64,000 nucleotides of DNA from Vicugna vicugna (taxonomy: Eukaryota): positions 2,406,476-2,470,475 of the forward strand of contig MU063893.1 in assembly GCA_013265495.1 (NCBI GenBank), read 5' to 3'. Numbering within the stretch: the stretch's first letter is position 1; every line of letters starts with the position of its first letter. Both the position numbers and the translations under genes were made by a program. Below, piece after piece: positions 63,866-64,000 of the stretch. The notes under the pieces were generated by a model that was not told the DNA's origin, ran no database searches, and saw only the letters and a list, made by a program, of their open reading frames with translations.

Positions 63866-64000
63866 AGGCGGAAAGATTTCCTCCAAATGGTCCTGAATGC
63901 CTCACATTCTGCCACCTCTGTGGGCGTGGAGGACTTTGACATCGTCAGGAAAGCCTTATCCTCCACCAGATGCACCACAAGTCCTTCCCAGCCACACCAG
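63866..64000 (+). CDS. TBXAS1: TBXAS1 exon 9 (5' part, truncated by window end)
   Basis: ttcctttag|AGGCGG... Translates [45 protein letters not shown] (helix-H DFLQ motif plus the CYP5A1-specific insert). Confidence 0.96.

Overview
Mammalian genomic DNA lying entirely inside one plus-strand gene, thromboxane A synthase 1 (TBXAS1/CYP5A1). The window runs from the end of intron 1 through coding exons 2-8 into exon 9. I found the exons by eye from GT-AG boundaries, continuous reading phase and similarity to the human protein as I recall it. Exons 2-7 are complete and open. Exon 8 is mostly hidden in an N gap, and exon 9 is cut by the window end. A TSD-flanked tRNA-derived SINE of camelid type suggests a camel/alpaca draft assembly with seven short N gaps. 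The introns contain the usual repeats: L1, L2, L3/CR1, MIR, MLT1, a solo ERV LTR, and Tigger/MER44, MER5, MER94 and Charlie-type DNA elements. The ORF track is essentially noise apart from overlaps with true exons. I see no prokaryotic, CRISPR or defence-type system and cannot claim a new multi-gene system. Best second-look items: (1) a disabled orthologue of a human TBXAS1 alternative exon in intron 5; (2) a C/D-box snoRNA-like structure in intron 5; (3) a tiny TSD-flanked insertion that creates a cryptic frameshifting acceptor before exon 4; (4) a sense-oriented solo LTR; (5) a GATA/ETS/CEBP/RFX enhancer-like cluster; (6) a duplicated octamer motif; (7) several unusual CYP5A1 substitutions. 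Repeat family names and human comparisons come from memory, not from searches.
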